In this document: one piece after another, positions 8,196-15,484 of the stretch
How the letters are laid out: every line of letters begins with the position of its first letter
Position numbering within the stretch: position 1 is the first letter of the stretch
Program-made: the position numbers and the translations under genes
The notes under the pieces: model-generated
Database searches by the model: none
Seen by the model: the letters and a program-made list of their open reading frames with translations, nothing else
Told to the model about the DNA's origin: nothing
DNA from: Planctomycetota bacterium
GTDB taxonomy: Bacteria; Planctomycetota; Planctomycetia; JALXBF01
Reading direction: 5' to 3'
Length of the DNA: 34,652 bases
Assembly: GCA_026991575.1 (NCBI GenBank)
Contig: JALXBF010000183.1
Span: 62,001-96,652 of the forward strand

Positions 8196-9350
8196 ATGGA
8201 TCAGGCCGTTCTTCAGCTCGTGAAAGCGATCCATGACCGCCCGTTTCACGCCGCGGTCGTCCTGACCGGTGGTGCTGCCCAGTTTGCTGCCTGGCTGTTC
8301 TCGGTACCCGGCGCGTCACGCACCATCCTGGAAGTGTCGATCCCGTACAGTGCCCGCTCTCTCGCCGAGTACCTTGGAACTAGGCCGCAGCACTATTGCA
8401 GCGAAGAAACGGCCGGCCGCATGGCTCGGCGGGCCAGACAGCGGGCGCTCTGGCTTGCCGACGGCTCGCGCGAGCTGGTGCTCGGCATTGCGGCAACCGC
8501 TGCGCTGGTTACGGATCGGCCGAAAAAGGGCGAGCACCGCTGCCATGCGGCCGTCTGGGATGGCACAACGCTACGCGCCGCGAACCTGTTCCTCGCCAAA
8601 GGCAGCCGGGACCGGTTGGCGGAAGATGCACTGGCGGCACGGGTAGTACTAAACGTGGTGGCCGAGACCCTGGGCTTGGACGAGCTTCCCTTGGACCTGA
8701 CGCCCCAGGACCGTCTGCAGCGGCACGTTGCTGCGGTTCCGGGGCCGCTCTGGCGCCTGCTCCATGGCGACGTCCGCCGGGTCACGCAGCTACCGGGTGG
8801 GATGCTGTGCGAGGGGGCGGAGCTTCCGGCTGCGGTCCTGCCCGGTTCGTTCGACCCGCTGCATGAGGGCCACCGCAGACTGGCCGCTGTGGCAGAACGC
8901 CACCTCGGCACCAGGGTTCATTTCGAGCTATCGGTCACTAACGTGGACAAGCCACGGTTGAGCGAAGGGGAGGTACGTCGGCGGGCTCGTCAGTTCGAAT
9001 GGTACCGCCCGCTGGAGCTCACCGACGCGCCGCTGTTTGTCCAGAAAGCCGAGCTGTTCCCGCAGGCTGTGTTCGTGGTCGGAGCCGACACGGCCGATCG
9101 CATCCTTGCTCCACGCTATTATCGCGACGGGCAGACCGGGATGCTGGCCGCTCTGGAGCGAATCCGCGCGGCCGGCTGCCGCTTTCTGGTGGCTGCGCGG
9201 CGGTTTCCAGATGGCAAGCTGGTTCAGCTGGCCGATCTGCCTGTGCCCGACGAGTACCGAACGCTGTTCGAAGCGATTCCGCTGGATCACTTCCTCTTTG
9301 ACATCTCCTCCACTGCCTTACGGCAAGCCGGCCGCCCCGCTGTCCCGTAG
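8196..9350 (+). CDS. CinA/PncC-like domain fused to an HxGH nucleotidyltransferase (NadD-like) domain
   Basis: N-terminal TGG...VPGAS...PYS...MA..AR (CinA-C-like); C-terminal PGSFDPLHEGH, VVGADT, DISSTALR. Start 8196 or 8130. Confidence 0.8.
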   Translation: MDQAVLQLVKAIHDRPFHAAVVLTGGAAQFAAWLFSVPGASRTILEVSIPYSARSLAEYLGTRPQHYCSEETAGRMARRARQRALWLADGSRELVLGIAATAALVTDRPKKGEHRCHAAVWDGTTLRAANLFLAKGSRDRLAEDALAARVVLNVVAETLGLDELPLDLTPQDRLQRHVAAVPGPLWRLLHGDVRRVTQLPGGMLCEGAELPAAVLPGSFDPLHEGHRRLAAVAERHLGTRVHFELSVTNVDKPRLSEGEVRRRARQFEWYRPLELTDAPLFVQKAELFPQAVFVVGADTADRILAPRYYRDGQTGMLAALERIRAAGCRFLVAARRFPDGKLVQLADLPVPDEYRTLFEAIPLDHFLFDISSTALRQAGRPAVP

Positions 9351-9421
9351 GGGGAACGGGCCGGTAGAATGCGCCGATCGGACTTAGCCTCGCTCGGGAC
9401 CGTACCGTGGGAGGACAGAAA

Positions 9422-10417
9422 ATGCGAGTACTGTGGCGTCTCACACCGGTTCTGCTGTTCCTTTCGCTGGTCGTGTCCGCCATGACCGTCGCCTGGGCCG
9501 ATGACGGAAAGCCATGTTCTTGCCGGGCGCAGGCGAGGGCCAAGTGTGCCAGTGCCTGCCGCAATCCGCAGAAGTGCTGCTGCAAGGCGGACGCGCGCTC
9601 GGAACAGCAGGCTGGAGGCGGTGCTTTGCTGATTGGGCCTGAGGAGCTGAAGAAGCTAGTGGCTGAGAAGGCGGACCGCGTTCGCATCCTAGATGCTCGG
9701 CCCACCAATGCGTACGTTCGCGGACATGTGCCGGGGGCGGTGCCGGTCGACGTTGCCCAGTGGGTGAGCCAGGCGCGCAAGCCCGGTGGACTGGAGGACA
9801 AGAAGGCGTGGGCGGAGCTGGTCGGTGAGTTGGGCATCAACCGTGACACCATCGTGGTCGTCTACGGGACGCCGCTACCGTACGCCGCGCGCATCTGGTG
9901 GCTACTGAAGTACGTAGGGGTCAAGGACGTCCGGCTGCTGGACGGTGGCATCGATGCGTGGCGCTCTGCCGGCTTGCCACTCAGCGAGGACATTCCGGAC
10001 GTGCCGCCGGCGGACTTCGAGCCGCAGTTCTGCAAAGCGATTCTGGCCACGGCCCGTGAAGTGCTCCACGCCGTGCGTGCCAAAGATGCCGTGATTCTGG
10101 ACGTACGCAGCGAGGGTGAGTACACGGGGCGCATCGTGCGAGGCAAACGCGGAGGCCACATCCCCGGCGCGATTAACCTCGACTGGACGAATTTTGTCGA
10201 TGACCAGGGCCGGATCAAGCCAGCCGAAGAACTGCGGCGGTTATTCCACCAGGCGGGTGTCCCGCTGGACAAGCCGATCATTACGTACTGCCAGTCCGGG
10301 GCACGTGCGTCGGTCGGGTTCATTGCCGCCCAGCGTGCCGGAGCTAAGACGGTGAAGAACTACTTCGGAAGCTGGGCTGAGTGGAGTGCCCGAGAGGAGC
10401 TGCCAGTGGAGAAGTAG
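9422..10417 (+). CDS. Exported tandem-domain sulfurtransferase (rhodanese) with Cys-rich N-terminal segment
   Basis: Signal peptide ending AWA; GHVPGAV, LLDGG..AW, DVRS..EY.G, GHIPGAIN, active-site YCQSGAR, YFGSWAEW; GGAGG before ATG 9422; TAGAAT at 9365-9370. Confidence 0.92.
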   Translation: MRVLWRLTPVLLFLSLVVSAMTVAWADDGKPCSCRAQARAKCASACRNPQKCCCKADARSEQQAGGGALLIGPEELKKLVAEKADRVRILDARPTNAYVRGHVPGAVPVDVAQWVSQARKPGGLEDKKAWAELVGELGINRDTIVVVYGTPLPYAARIWWLLKYVGVKDVRLLDGGIDAWRSAGLPLSEDIPDVPPADFEPQFCKAILATAREVLHAVRAKDAVILDVRSEGEYTGRIVRGKRGGHIPGAINLDWTNFVDDQGRIKPAEELRRLFHQAGVPLDKPIITYCQSGARASVGFIAAQRAGAKTVKNYFGSWAEWSAREELPVEK

Positions 10418-10460
10418 TCCAGCAGCGCACCCCCTCTGAGAGGCTGAAAAACTCGGCTTC

Positions 10461-10480
10461 CGCCCGGTGGGCCAATGCCG
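10461..10480 (+). repeat. Dispersed 20-nt intergenic repeat, copy 1
   Basis: CGCCCGGTGGGCCAATGCCG, 19/20 identical to 22330-22349. Confidence 0.5.
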
Positions 10481-10549
10481 CCCCGCGCGCCGAGGGTCCT
10501 AGCCCGACTCTGGCTGGCGAACGTGCTGAGTGCCTGTGGGGGGTTCACA

Positions 10550-10581
10550 GCGGCCGGCCGACCGGTTGGTCGGCTGGCCGC
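10550..10581 (+). other. Strong GC hairpin without U-tract
   Basis: GCGGCCGGCCGACC-GGTT-GGTCGGCTGGCCGC: 14-bp stem including one G-U pair. Confidence 0.55.
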
Positions 10582-10672
10582 GGCTGCTGCGCTCCCTGGC
10601 AAGGAAGTGCGCCAGACCTGTGCCGACGCACCTGGGAGCTAGTCGGGCCACGCTGCCAGAGAGTTGCACCGA

Positions 10673-11296
10673 ATGGCGGAAAAGTTCCATCGGAGATTGG
10701 TTCTGGCGAGTAACTCGCCCCGCCGTCGTCAGCTGCTTGCGCAGGCGGGTTACCTTTACGAGGCGACCGTGCCTCGGATAGAAGAACCCGAGCCGGCGGG
10801 GATGGATGCAGAAGCTTATTCGGTGTACACGAGTTGGCTCAAAGCGCGAGACGTCGCCTGCCGGTACGAGGAACAGGCCGTCGTGCTGGCCGCCGACACC
10901 GTCGTGGCCGTGGACGGTGAGATCGTGGGCAAGCCGGCTGACCGAGAGGATGCTCGGCGGATTTTGCTGCGGCTGTCCGGCCGCCGGCATCAGGTGTACA
11001 CGGGCGTCTGCCTCTGGCTTCGTCCGGAAGATGTGTGGCTCGGTGCTGTAGCATGCTCTGAGCTGACGATGCGCGAATGGAAGCCGGACGCGCTGGAAGC
11101 GTACTTGGACAGCGGCCAGTGGCAGGGCAAGGCAGGCGCGTACGGCATCCAGGATGAAGATAGCAACGTCATCCTGCATTCCGGCAGCTTTACCAACGTG
11201 GTCGGCCTGCCGATGGAACTCGTTGAGCGGCTGCTAGCCCAGTGCGGCATCGAACCAGAACGAACATCGCGCCATGCCATGCGGACCGAGCCGTAA
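10673..11296 (+). CDS. maf: Maf family nucleoside triphosphate pyrophosphatase
   Basis: LVLASNSPRRRQLL, AADTVV, GKP, LSGRRHQVYTG, KAGAYGIQ, NVVGLP. Confidence 0.95.
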   Translation: MAEKFHRRLVLASNSPRRRQLLAQAGYLYEATVPRIEEPEPAGMDAEAYSVYTSWLKARDVACRYEEQAVVLAADTVVAVDGEIVGKPADREDARRILLRLSGRRHQVYTGVCLWLRPEDVWLGAVACSELTMREWKPDALEAYLDSGQWQGKAGAYGIQDEDSNVILHSGSFTNVVGLPMELVERLLAQCGIEPERTSRHAMRTEP

Positions 11297-12348
11297 TGAC
11301 CTGTGCATCGTCTGCTTCCGCTTCGCCACGTTTGCTGCTAGGGCTTGGCCTGTTGGCCGTGGCCTTGGTGATCGGTCTCGGTGCGGTCCTGTGGCAGCGG
11401 CACGAGGGGCGCTCCGAACGGAGCCAGCTTCTGACGCCGAGTCCGGAACCGACCGGGATCCAACAGACGATGCAGCCGGTCCCGGTTGACGGTGCCCGTG
11501 CCTACACCTATCTCCGCCAGCAGACGCGTCTTGGTCCCAGGCCGACCGGGACGGCGGCGATCGAGCGGTTGCGCATCCTGCTGGAGCGGCACTTCAGGGC
11601 TCAGGGGCTTGATGTGCAACGGCAGCGGTTCCTGGTGCGACACCCCGTGCAGGGCCGTCCTGTGCAAGCCGCCAATATCGTGGCTCGCTACCGCCCCCAG
11701 GCCCGACGGCGAATCCTGTTGGGGGCTCACTATGATACCCGCCCGCTGGCAGACGAAGACCCCCGGCCGCGACCCTACCTCGGTGCCAACGACGGTGCCT
11801 CGGGAGTGGCGCTGCTGATGGAACTGGCCCATCATTTGGGTAAGCTCCAAGGAGAGGTCGGCGTGGATCTTGTTTGCTTCGACGCCGAGGAGTTGGTCTA
11901 TGGGCCTTCAGCTGGCACTCAGCGTGGCGAGTACTGCTTGGGCTCAAAGCATTTCGCGCGGTTGTTCCGGGCCGGTCGTCGCGACAGACCTTACTACGAG
12001 GCTGCTGTCATTTTGGATATGGTTGGTGGCAAGGATGCGGCCTTTTACCCGGAACGCTATTCGGTGGAACGGGCGGGCTGGCTGGTGGAAGAGATCTGGC
12101 GCGTCGCTGAGGGGCTCGGTGTCGAGCATTTCCGGCGACCGGCGTTTGGCCGCCGGTGGCGGTACGAGGTCTACGATGACCACGTGCCCCTCCAGGAGTC
12201 GGGGATTCCGGCTATCGACATCATCGACTTCGACTACGAGCACTGGCACCGCAATAGCGATCGACCACAGAACTGCTCTCCGAAAACGCTGCAGGCTGTA
12301 GGAACCGTTGTGCTGACCTGGCTGACGCAGCGGTCAGCTAGCCGGTGA
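11296..12348 (+). CDS. Membrane-anchored M28 family peptidase (glutaminyl cyclase-like)
   Basis: N-terminal TM helix; GAHYDTRP, GANDGASGVA, FDAEE, LDMVG, DDHVP, HWH; ATG overlaps the maf stop (TAATG). Confidence 0.88.
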   Translation: MTCASSASASPRLLLGLGLLAVALVIGLGAVLWQRHEGRSERSQLLTPSPEPTGIQQTMQPVPVDGARAYTYLRQQTRLGPRPTGTAAIERLRILLERHFRAQGLDVQRQRFLVRHPVQGRPVQAANIVARYRPQARRRILLGAHYDTRPLADEDPRPRPYLGANDGASGVALLMELAHHLGKLQGEVGVDLVCFDAEELVYGPSAGTQRGEYCLGSKHFARLFRAGRRDRPYYEAAVILDMVGGKDAAFYPERYSVERAGWLVEEIWRVAEGLGVEHFRRPAFGRRWRYEVYDDHVPLQESGIPAIDIIDFDYEHWHRNSDRPQNCSPKTLQAVGTVVLTWLTQRSASR

Positions 12349-12372
12349 GGATGATGTCTGAGCGAACAGACC

Positions 12373-12852
12373 ATGGCGCCGGAACTGACCGATCAAGAAA
12401 TCATGGCGTGCGTGCTGCTGGCCACCGTCGCCACGACCATCGGCCTGCTGCTGCTGGTCTGGGAGCAGGCCAGGTGGCGCCGGTGCCGTCGCGATCCGTC
12501 GCTCGATGACTTTGAACGCTCGCATGAGCGCTGGCGCGTGATCCGTCGCACGGCGATCGCAATGGTCTTGGTGCTCGGCGGTCCGGCGCTTGCTTTCGGC
12601 TGGCTGACGATCGACGCGGCTCAGCATCGGCACGCGTTCGTCGGCTTTTGGACGGCCACACTGGCGATCCTCTTGACGCTCATCCTGATGGGCGTGCTTG
12701 ACGCGGTGATCATGCTCCGCTTCGGCCTCAAACAGTCCGCACGGCTCTACGAACAGCGCATGCACACGCTAGCGGAGTTCGTACGGCGACGTCAGGAGCA
12801 GCTGCGCAAGCGGCCCTGGCCGCCACCGCCAACCAAAGCAGAGCAGAATTGA
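12373..12852 (+). CDS. Hypothetical membrane protein (about 3 TM helices)
   Basis: Three hydrophobic segments separated by Arg-rich loops; co-oriented directly after the M28 gene. Confidence 0.7.
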   Translation: MAPELTDQEIMACVLLATVATTIGLLLLVWEQARWRRCRRDPSLDDFERSHERWRVIRRTAIAMVLVLGGPALAFGWLTIDAAQHRHAFVGFWTATLAILLTLILMGVLDAVIMLRFGLKQSARLYEQRMHTLAEFVRRRQEQLRKRPWPPPPTKAEQN

Positions 12853-13046
12853 GCAAGCGTGTCTGAACGGGTCGCTCGGGGTGGCTGGGCGGATCGGCCG
12901 GCGCAGCCGGTCGCCGTGGTGCCAACGTGGCACGTGCCGGCTGCCACCAGGGCTTGCGCGTGCACAGGACACCGAACAGCAGGGGCACTGGGAGCTACTA
13001 GCATCCTGACGCGAACCAAGCGGGATCGTGTTGAGAGAACGCGACG

Positions 13047-13340
13047 ATGTTCTACCTAAATGTCAGACTCACGGTGCGCAACGAGGCCGACGTGCCTGCG
13101 GTGAAAGCCGCGTTGGAACGAATGGTGCCCATGGTCCGCCAGGAACCGGGCTGCAAGCGATTCGAAGTGTACCACTCGCAGGATAACCCAACACTGTTCT
13201 TCCTGGTTGAGCACTGGGAGACGCGTGAACATTGGGTGGCACACCGCCAGCTGGAGGCGATCCAGACGATCTATTTGCCTGAGGTGTTGAGTCGGGCGGA
13301 CCGAGAGGGGCACGCTTGCGAGGTGGTGGGGGGGCTCTAG
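13047..13340 (+). CDS. Antibiotic biosynthesis monooxygenase (ABM) / putative quinol monooxygenase family protein
   Basis: 97 aa with RQEPGC.RFEVY, FFLVEHWE and H..AH. Confidence 0.88.
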   Translation: MFYLNVRLTVRNEADVPAVKAALERMVPMVRQEPGCKRFEVYHSQDNPTLFFLVEHWETREHWVAHRQLEAIQTIYLPEVLSRADREGHACEVVGGL

Positions 13341-13407
13341 CTGCAGACGAGGTGTCAGCCCTCGCGGAACGCCCGGCGGTGCCGGTGTTGCGTACGCCCC
13401 CAAACGG

Positions 13408-13442
13408 AAAAAGACTCGGCCGACAGCAGGGCCAGCCGAGTC
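13408..13442 (-). terminator. Rho-independent terminator of the methyltransferase-ThuA unit
   Basis: Minus strand GACTCGGC-TGGC-CCTGCT-GTCG-GCCGAGTC-TTTTT: 8 perfect pairs extended by 4 more pairs (two G-U), then U5. Confidence 0.8.
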
Positions 13443-13487
13443 CCATGAGTGTAAAGCGGGGAAGAGATCGGCGGACGGTCCCCGAAG

Positions 13488-14402
13488 CTAGCGGCGCTTG
13501 CGGCGCGGTTTGCCCAACTGGTCCGCATGGGGCGTGACCTGATCGATGTTCGGCGTTACATCCGCGTCGACCTGGCCGGAACACCAGGCAATTGCGCCGG
13601 TGAGCAGTTCCTGAAACAGCGGGTTAGTCCAGACGTCGGCGCGATGCCCCATGCTGGTGTAGAACACCCGTCCCTTGCCGTGCATGCGCGCCCAGGTGGC
13701 CGGGTAGGGCGGCCGTTCGTACATCGGGCCAACCATCCCACGGGTCTCCTGCACGAGGATCACGTGCAGGTCGGGGGCAAAGTTCTTCAGAGCGTACCAT
13801 TCCTCCAGAAGCTGAAAGGACCTACCCAGGCTGCCGCAACCGGGGAATTTCGGATCGACCACCCGCATGGTCGCCTTCTGCTGACGCCCGTGCACGATGA
13901 ATTCGCCGCCCAACATGCGGATGTACGGGGTCCGCTTATCGATGGGCTGGTTTGCGTTGCGTGGGCCAGGGCTGTGGAACGAATCGCTTGCACAGTGCGA
14001 ACCCATGAACCCGGTGCCGCTTTCCACGGCGCGGAACAGGTTCGCCAGGCCTCTTCGCGAGATCGGAGGCTGCTTGTCGGTGCCCGGCTGGGTTAGGTCC
14101 CCGGTCGTATAGAAGAAGATCACGTCGTACTTGCTGAGATCCCCATCAAAGATGCGGCCGTCCTTCGTGGCGGTTACGTCAAAGCCGGATCGTTTGCCCA
14201 GCTCCGTGAGCACGCGCTCGGCATGTGCCAGTTGGCCGCCCTGGCGGCGCACAACTGCGTGCTCATACCCGCTAGACTTGGTGAAGAACAGCACGTGCGG
14301 CTTCTTCCCAGACCGCTCGGCCGTCCAGCCCAGGGGAAACGGCATACTGACCAGTGTCAAACCACTGGCGGCACACCATCGAAGCCATTCGCGACGATGC
14401 AT
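13488..14402 (-). CDS. ThuA-like domain protein with Tat signal peptide
   Basis: MHRREWL twin-arginine leader; VLFFTKSSGYEH, GFMGSHCASD, GGEF..HG, EEWY, GRVFYTSMGH; GGAGG before ATG 14402. Confidence 0.9.
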   Translation of the reverse strand: MHRREWLRWCAASGLTLVSMPFPLGWTAERSGKKPHVLFFTKSSGYEHAVVRRQGGQLAHAERVLTELGKRSGFDVTATKDGRIFDGDLSKYDVIFFYTTGDLTQPGTDKQPPISRRGLANLFRAVESGTGFMGSHCASDSFHSPGPRNANQPIDKRTPYIRMLGGEFIVHGRQQKATMRVVDPKFPGCGSLGRSFQLLEEWYALKNFAPDLHVILVQETRGMVGPMYERPPYPATWARMHGKGRVFYTSMGHRADVWTNPLFQELLTGAIAWCSGQVDADVTPNIDQVTPHADQLGKPRRKRR

Positions 14403-14416
14403 GACGGTCCTCCGAA

Positions 14417-15199
14417 TCACTTTGCTTTGTCTTGCTCGCAGATCGGCTCAAACACCAGGTAGTACTGGTACGGCAGCAGCTCCACGTTGTCCTCGATGAG
14501 TCGATAGCCCGCTTCCTTCATCTCCTTCAGCACCACTTCGCGCGCGAGCTTGTGCTCGGGCGGAGGTCCAAACTTCTTGTGCTTGAACAGATCGATAATC
14601 ACCAGCTTCCCGCCCGGCTTGAACACCTTCTTCAGCCGCCGATAGTACTCGACCCGGTTCTGGATGTGGTGGTTCGTGTTGCAGAGGAAGACGAAATCGA
14701 CCGAACAGGGCGGCAACATCGGGCTCCAGGTGGCGGCCAGCACCGTGACGATGTTGTCCACCCCCCGCTTCTTGCAGTCCTCCTGAATGTAGCGCAGCAT
14801 GTTCTCCGCGACGTCACAGGCGTAGACGATGCCTTTTTCGCCGACCACCTTCGCGAACCTGCGGCTGAAGTAGCCAGAGCCGGCACCGATGTCTGCGATC
14901 ACCTGGCCGGGCCTCAGCCCCATGTGCTTGATGACCAGTTCGGGCTTCTGCCACTCGTGGCGGTTGGGCCGTTCGAACATCTCGGGCCGAAGGCCGCCCC
15001 GCCGCCGTTTCCGTTTGCGTTCCGCCTTGCTGCCGGCCTTCTTGCTGGCGTCCTGCTGCTTGGTCGCTTGCTTCTGCTCCGTCTGTTGGCCAGCCAGAAG
15101 TTCTCTGGGCCGACCACTCAGTGACGCCGTCAGGGACAGGCACAAGAAGACACCGGTTGCCACTAGCAGCAGCCGCGTGCAAACGGCGACATTCCGCAT
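14417..15199 (-). CDS. Class I SAM-dependent methyltransferase with N-terminal signal/anchor
   Basis: ADIGAGSGYF, VYACDV, KPGGKLVIID, GPPPEHK; hydrophobic N-terminus followed by a Q/K/R-rich linker; GGGAGG RBS. Confidence 0.9.
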   Translation of the reverse strand: MRNVAVCTRLLLVATGVFLCLSLTASLSGRPRELLAGQQTEQKQATKQQDASKKAGSKAERKRKRRRGGLRPEMFERPNRHEWQKPELVIKHMGLRPGQVIADIGAGSGYFSRRFAKVVGEKGIVYACDVAENMLRYIQEDCKKRGVDNIVTVLAATWSPMLPPCSVDFVFLCNTNHHIQNRVEYYRRLKKVFKPGGKLVIIDLFKHKKFGPPPEHKLAREVVLKEMKEAGYRLIEDNVELLPYQYYLVFEPICEQDKAK

Positions 15200-15484
15200 C
15201 TACAGAACCTCCCGTGGTATGACGATCAGAACAAACCGGGGGGACAACCAGACAATTCGGGCAGGCCACGTTGAGTTTAGCAGAAATCCCACCGACAGGC
15301 TATCCTGCAGCACGCGAACTGCGCAGCACTGGTCCGACTCAGCCGCTGCGCGCGGCGCACCAGAGGCCGACAGGTTCACTTGCTCTGGGGGGCAATCGCG
15401 CCCGCCGACCCGTGCCCAACTGCATCATTGCCACCTAGCGGCACGCGTGCCGGTGGCGCCTGGCCAACCGACGCACGCCGGGCA

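Noticed and set aside
10591..10640. SRP-RNA-like look of CCCTGGCAAGGAAGTGCGCCAG
   Set aside because: Lacks the conserved CAGG-stem-GNRA-stem-AGCAG helix 8 arrangement.
161..15199. Desaturase, ABM, methyltransferase, sulfurtransferase and peptidase as a biosynthetic gene cluster
   Set aside because: Genes are in mixed orientations with separate promoters and terminators, interspersed with maf; there is no scaffold enzyme or precursor peptide.
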